Positions 60,150 through 64,000 of a stretch of DNA of 64,000 nucleotides are shown here, piece after piece; within the stretch, counting starts at the first letter, position 1; the number at the start of each line of letters is the position of its first letter. This DNA comes from Spizellomyces punctatus DAOM BR117. Its lineage: Eukaryota. Where the stretch lies: assembly GCA_000182565.2 (NCBI GenBank), contig KQ257464.1. The stretch is one strand, 5' to 3'. The position numbers and the translations under genes were made by a program. The notes under the pieces are model-generated. The model was not told where the DNA came from, did no database searches, and saw only the letters and a list, made by a program, of their open reading frames with translations.

Positions 60150-62606
60150 ATGTCCGATCAATCCCCCAGCACTTATTTCGTAGTGGCCAGTAAGAACTGC
60201 CGTTTAGTGTGGTATGGTTCGTACTTGGCATGACCAGGTAAATGATGGTATTGATGAATATGAGTAACATGACAGCTAAATACATTCCTTGATCCCTCTT
60301 TGAAGAATAAAGAACTTGAAAGACAAAAATGGCTGGAGGACTTGGCAGCTCAATCGCGGCAGTTACAAGAACGAAAGCAGAAGGAAGCGGCAGAAAAAAA
60401 GGAGATGCAACTGGTAGAGTTCAGATAAGAAATTTCGGAAACATTTGAGCCCAGGGATTTACGAAGAACTGGCAGGTCTATAGCAGCATGTTCGAGGTTC
60501 CTTGGAAATCAAAATCTTTTGCCCCCGAGCAAAGGATAGAACCATTAGAAGGACTGTCCAAAGCCAGAAGAGTACGCTAAAAAAGAGTAATTTTATACAA
60601 GTTACATACAATTTTGACAAGATCGTCGGTTTCCTTTAGAGAACGCTGACTGCCATTCATCAATTGGAAGCACAGCCATCTTCACAGGTGTGGAACAATT
60701 TTTTCACGATATTAGCTTCCAACTCTGCAACTAACGTCCCTTACTTACTCTCAGATAATATCAGCAGGTACTTCATCCCATCTGCTATAAAGTTTCTGAA
60801 CACTGAATATAACAATACTGGTCTTCGAAAGATCTACCCGCACGCAAAAGTAACCGCCCAGCCCGGATTGTTGAGGAGACACCCGATGATTTTTTCTGGA
60901 ATCGACGATCGACAGGTGGTGGTGGGGCACCTTTACGGAATAGGGAAGGGCATATCAGCGCGCTCCGGAGACGACCCCCAACCCCGCCAACAGACGGTGG
61001 CAGTCGCGTCGAAGCGCATAATGTCCCACAGACGCACATAGCTAGCTCAGCGGAACCCCCAATAATTCAACAACCCGCTGAACCTTCATACCCTGCTCCT
61101 GCGTCCAGGTTTGCACGCACAAAAGGAACTTTTGGACCTGAAGACTCTGACAATACCCGACGCAGAGCCGAGGCACTGGAATGGCAGGCTTGCTTGCAAA
61201 AGCAAATTGAGGAAAAGAAGGCGAGGGAACGTCAAGAGAAAGCAGCGGCAGATGCAGCAGAGCGTAGAAGGCAGCTTAAGTGGGAGCAGGAAGCCGGTAT
61301 CCTGCCAGTTGCCAAGGAGAGCCCACCCGTCCAGGTAGAACAGTCGACAGTGAAACCCATGAAGAGTACTTCAAGCAATGCCAGTGAAAGCACTCCACAA
61401 CAATTGCAAAGCCGCATTCCTCGTCTGCGCCGAGAAATGCCAAGCTCTGGTAGTGAAAAGCTGTCAGAAGAGCTGCAAATTATGGCTACCACAGTTGAGC
61501 GCTTACTGCAAATTGCACCGCGCCGAACTGATATTACGAACAATAAAGGGGTCCGACATGTTGATAAGCTCCAACGCGTAAGAGCGTCAGCACCAGGTTC
61601 TATGACAAAGGGACCCGGGCAGCAAAGAAGAATCATGACCACTGCATTGCATTCTGGTCCCGGAAAATCCGTTATGGAGGCGCCCAAAAAGAGGGTGTTA
61701 TCTGCAGTTCACGACGGAGAAAAGACATCACAACCCCGGCCAATAAGTTCGCAGCAACATTTCACGCAAAAACCCTCACCGGCGCAACGATTGCCCAAAA
61801 TCAAGTCAAAACAAGATGTACCACACTCCAAGCCCGCTTCCAACCATCCGACGCCCCGTCCCCCCTCCTCCGAACCACTCCTGCGGTCATCCACCAGAAG
61901 AATAAAGGTCTCAAACTCAAACCAGAGGCAGAGCCAGCAGAGCCAGACACGGGAAAGCGTGATAATAGAACAGAAAGAATGGAAAAGAATAAAAGCCCTC
62001 ACCGAGCCTCAGACCAATCTTCAGCCGGCACAGCCCACATTCCAAGACTCCGCTGAGAGTGAAGAAGGAATCACCAGTGCTCTTCAACAGAGCAAAAATG
62101 CCGTCGAAAAATCAGACACCTCCGTGAACGGATGTAGTAACTTGCTTAAAAAAAGCAAACTTGAATGTCCCGAGAAGAACGGAGGGGCAAGACCGCCCAA
62201 CAAAAATTCCCTACCTAGTTCCTCTGCGTTGCATAATGATTCCGACTCTAGTGATATTCCACCAAACAACGTTCACCAGGAGGCAATGACGACATGGCTG
62301 ACGAGCCTTCGTTCGCCATCACCGCCAATACCTACTCTCCAATTCAAGGATATAACAACCAGGTCTAAGCAGCAATCTATATCATTGTCTGTTGAGCAAC
62401 CAAAGGTTGGTGGATGTGAAGTCGCAGTGAAACAACTTCATTTTGATGCTGTTTAATTTGTATCATAGGACCCACCAACTTCCAAAAGACCGTCCTCGGA
62501 CGAGCAGAAAGTAGCTGCAGCACTTGATCAGTTGCGTAATTTTGAAAGTATATTAGTGGAAGAAAGGCGACGATTGGATCAAGAAATGTCAAAGACTGCC
62601 AAATAA
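60150..62606 (+). CDS. CSPP1: Centrosome and spindle pole-associated protein CSPP1-like (start uncertain)
   Basis: FWNRRSTGGGGAPLRNREG, RFARTKGTFG..LQKQIEEKKARERQE, RSPSPPIPTLQ and ALDQLRNFESILVEERRRL match recalled CSPP1 blocks; the model needs a 13-nt microexon at ~60755-60767. Confidence 0.72.
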
Positions 62607-62975
62607 TATTAATACGCCTTTTCATTCGCTACGAGGTGCCTCTGAACGTTTCAAAATCATGATAACTGTATCACATGTAGTCCATAGAATGTGCATGCGG
62701 AACGACGCAGCTTTTGGTGTAGAACATAGCAGCTTTTTGGTTAGAGGACTATCTCGTATCTCGTCAAGTGAACTCTAATGATTCCATGCGGAGTCTGTTC
62801 AGATACTGACATTCCAAGATGAAGCTACCATAGTGCGGAAGTGATTGAAATGGCACTAGGACCCATTATTATCCGGATTAATCCGGTTAGTCATATCGCA
62901 TAATCAGAACCCCCTTCTATCGCTTAATGTTTTTTTTTTTTTTCAGCTGGACCCCATTTTGCCACAATCGAGGTC

Positions 62976-63371
62976 TATAAAAGGGGGTCATTACTCCCTC
63001 TTCCCTCTTTCCTCTTTACCCATCCTCGACTCTCGAAGCATCTGCGCAACGCCCACGCAGCACTCTCAAGTCCATCATCATGAGAATGCCGCTCTGGTGC
63101 CGAGGACCTCGCCCTCCCAGCAAAAACAACATAACCCCTTGCAAACGCTGCTACTACTATATTGCTACGATCGCAGGTATGCATTATCTTTGTATTTTCC
63201 CACGCGGATTATCCAGTCTAATTATTCTGATCTACCTTAGTATCTGAACATCCTCCGACTAAAGAATTTCGGAATCAAGGGCTTAGTAGGATTTCTCTCG
63301 TGTGGTGGGCTTAGTTACCCGGTTAGAACAACCGTAATGTATTGCATGTGTAATTGGGCCTAGTAGTAGTT
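62976..63371 (+). repeat. Copy 2 of the ~370-bp dispersed direct repeat
   Basis: TATAAAA 62976, ATG 63080, intron 63177-63240, spliced 56-aa ORF MRMPLWCRGPRPPSKNNITPCKRCYYYIATIAVSEHPPTKEFRNQGLSRISLVWWA*. Confidence 0.9.
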
Positions 63372-63586
63372 GGTTGGTTGTAAGGAGGGAATTACTTGGC
63401 TTTTCCGAACCAGTTGTCGCCGGTTTATTCCCTGGTGTAGTAGCTAGTGCCAGTTTCTGTCACCTAATACACTATCCAAGATCTCCGACCAGCCTTATTT
63501 AACCTGATTGGATTCAGCATTGGATTGAAGTTCAACCGGAGAGAACCGTTTTACGGTTCTGCAAGCATGAAAGCAACTGTCAGATC

Positions 63587-63934
63587 TCACCTAGATCCTA
63601 TCAAGTAAAACATGCCATTAACAACCCTAGAACGAATCATAAACCTCAAGGAATCGTCGTCTTTGATAGTGATTGAAGACTCTACAAAACAGTCATGCGC
63701 TAGACTTTTGAAAGCTTTTGCAGCGTCAAGCATAGGTCCTGACAGGTAAGTTTCTTTGACCGTTGATTGACAAATAATCATGGCTAAAATTGCCTTGACA
63801 TCGAAGGAGGCTTGTGGTGGTGTCTGTCGAACAGGCGTACTGGAAATGGAAGCGAATACTGAATTTGGAGAGGTATGTGAAATGCTGAGGAATGCGGAAC
63901 CGATCGTTACTGACGGTACACTAAGCCTGACCAT
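63587..63934 (-). other. Unassigned ORF fragment in the right accessory flank
   Basis: 115-aa ORF with no recognisable motif; may be part of a degraded gene extending off-window. Confidence 0.25.
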
Positions 63935-64000
63935 AATAGATGTATATTCCTCCTGCTTTTCATGGCTCGATCCTCCTGTGGCCGCCCCGGTCCGATCTGC

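Noticed and set aside
4974-63371. The whole 58-kb block as a Starship-like or giant mobile element bounded by direct repeats
   Set aside because: No tyrosine recombinase, transposase or RT was seen, and the contents are typical single-copy housekeeping genes (VPS1, HSF1, TAF9, RPN13, HUS1).

Overview
This is gene-dense, intron-rich eukaryotic DNA with short GT-AG introns and CTAA/CTGAC-type branch sites. Fungal housekeeping genes (VPS1, HSF, CorA/Alr1-Mnr2, a Swi6/Mbp1-type ankyrin protein) occur alongside centriole/cilium genes (zeta-type tubulin, CSPP1, FANK1, CCDC34-like) and a minor-spliceosome U11-48K homologue. Together these point to a zoosporic (chytrid-like) fungus. A ~56-kb core of about 30 mostly conserved genes (6.6-62.6 kb) is bracketed by two diverged direct copies of a ~370-bp unit 58,020 bp apart, each with a TATA box, a short ORF and an intron. 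The left flank (1-5.4 kb) is accessory DNA: a frameshifted gene, a mosaic of fragments copied from other genes, and an intronless SAMHD1/YdhJ-like HD hydrolase. The most striking protein is 1287 aa long and combines a spartin/ERD7-like N-terminal domain, a PPxY motif and ~500 aa of perilipin-4-like 11-mer amphipathic repeats; it is a candidate lipid-globule coat or lipophagy receptor. All family calls come from manual motif recognition and hand splicing; no database searches were run.
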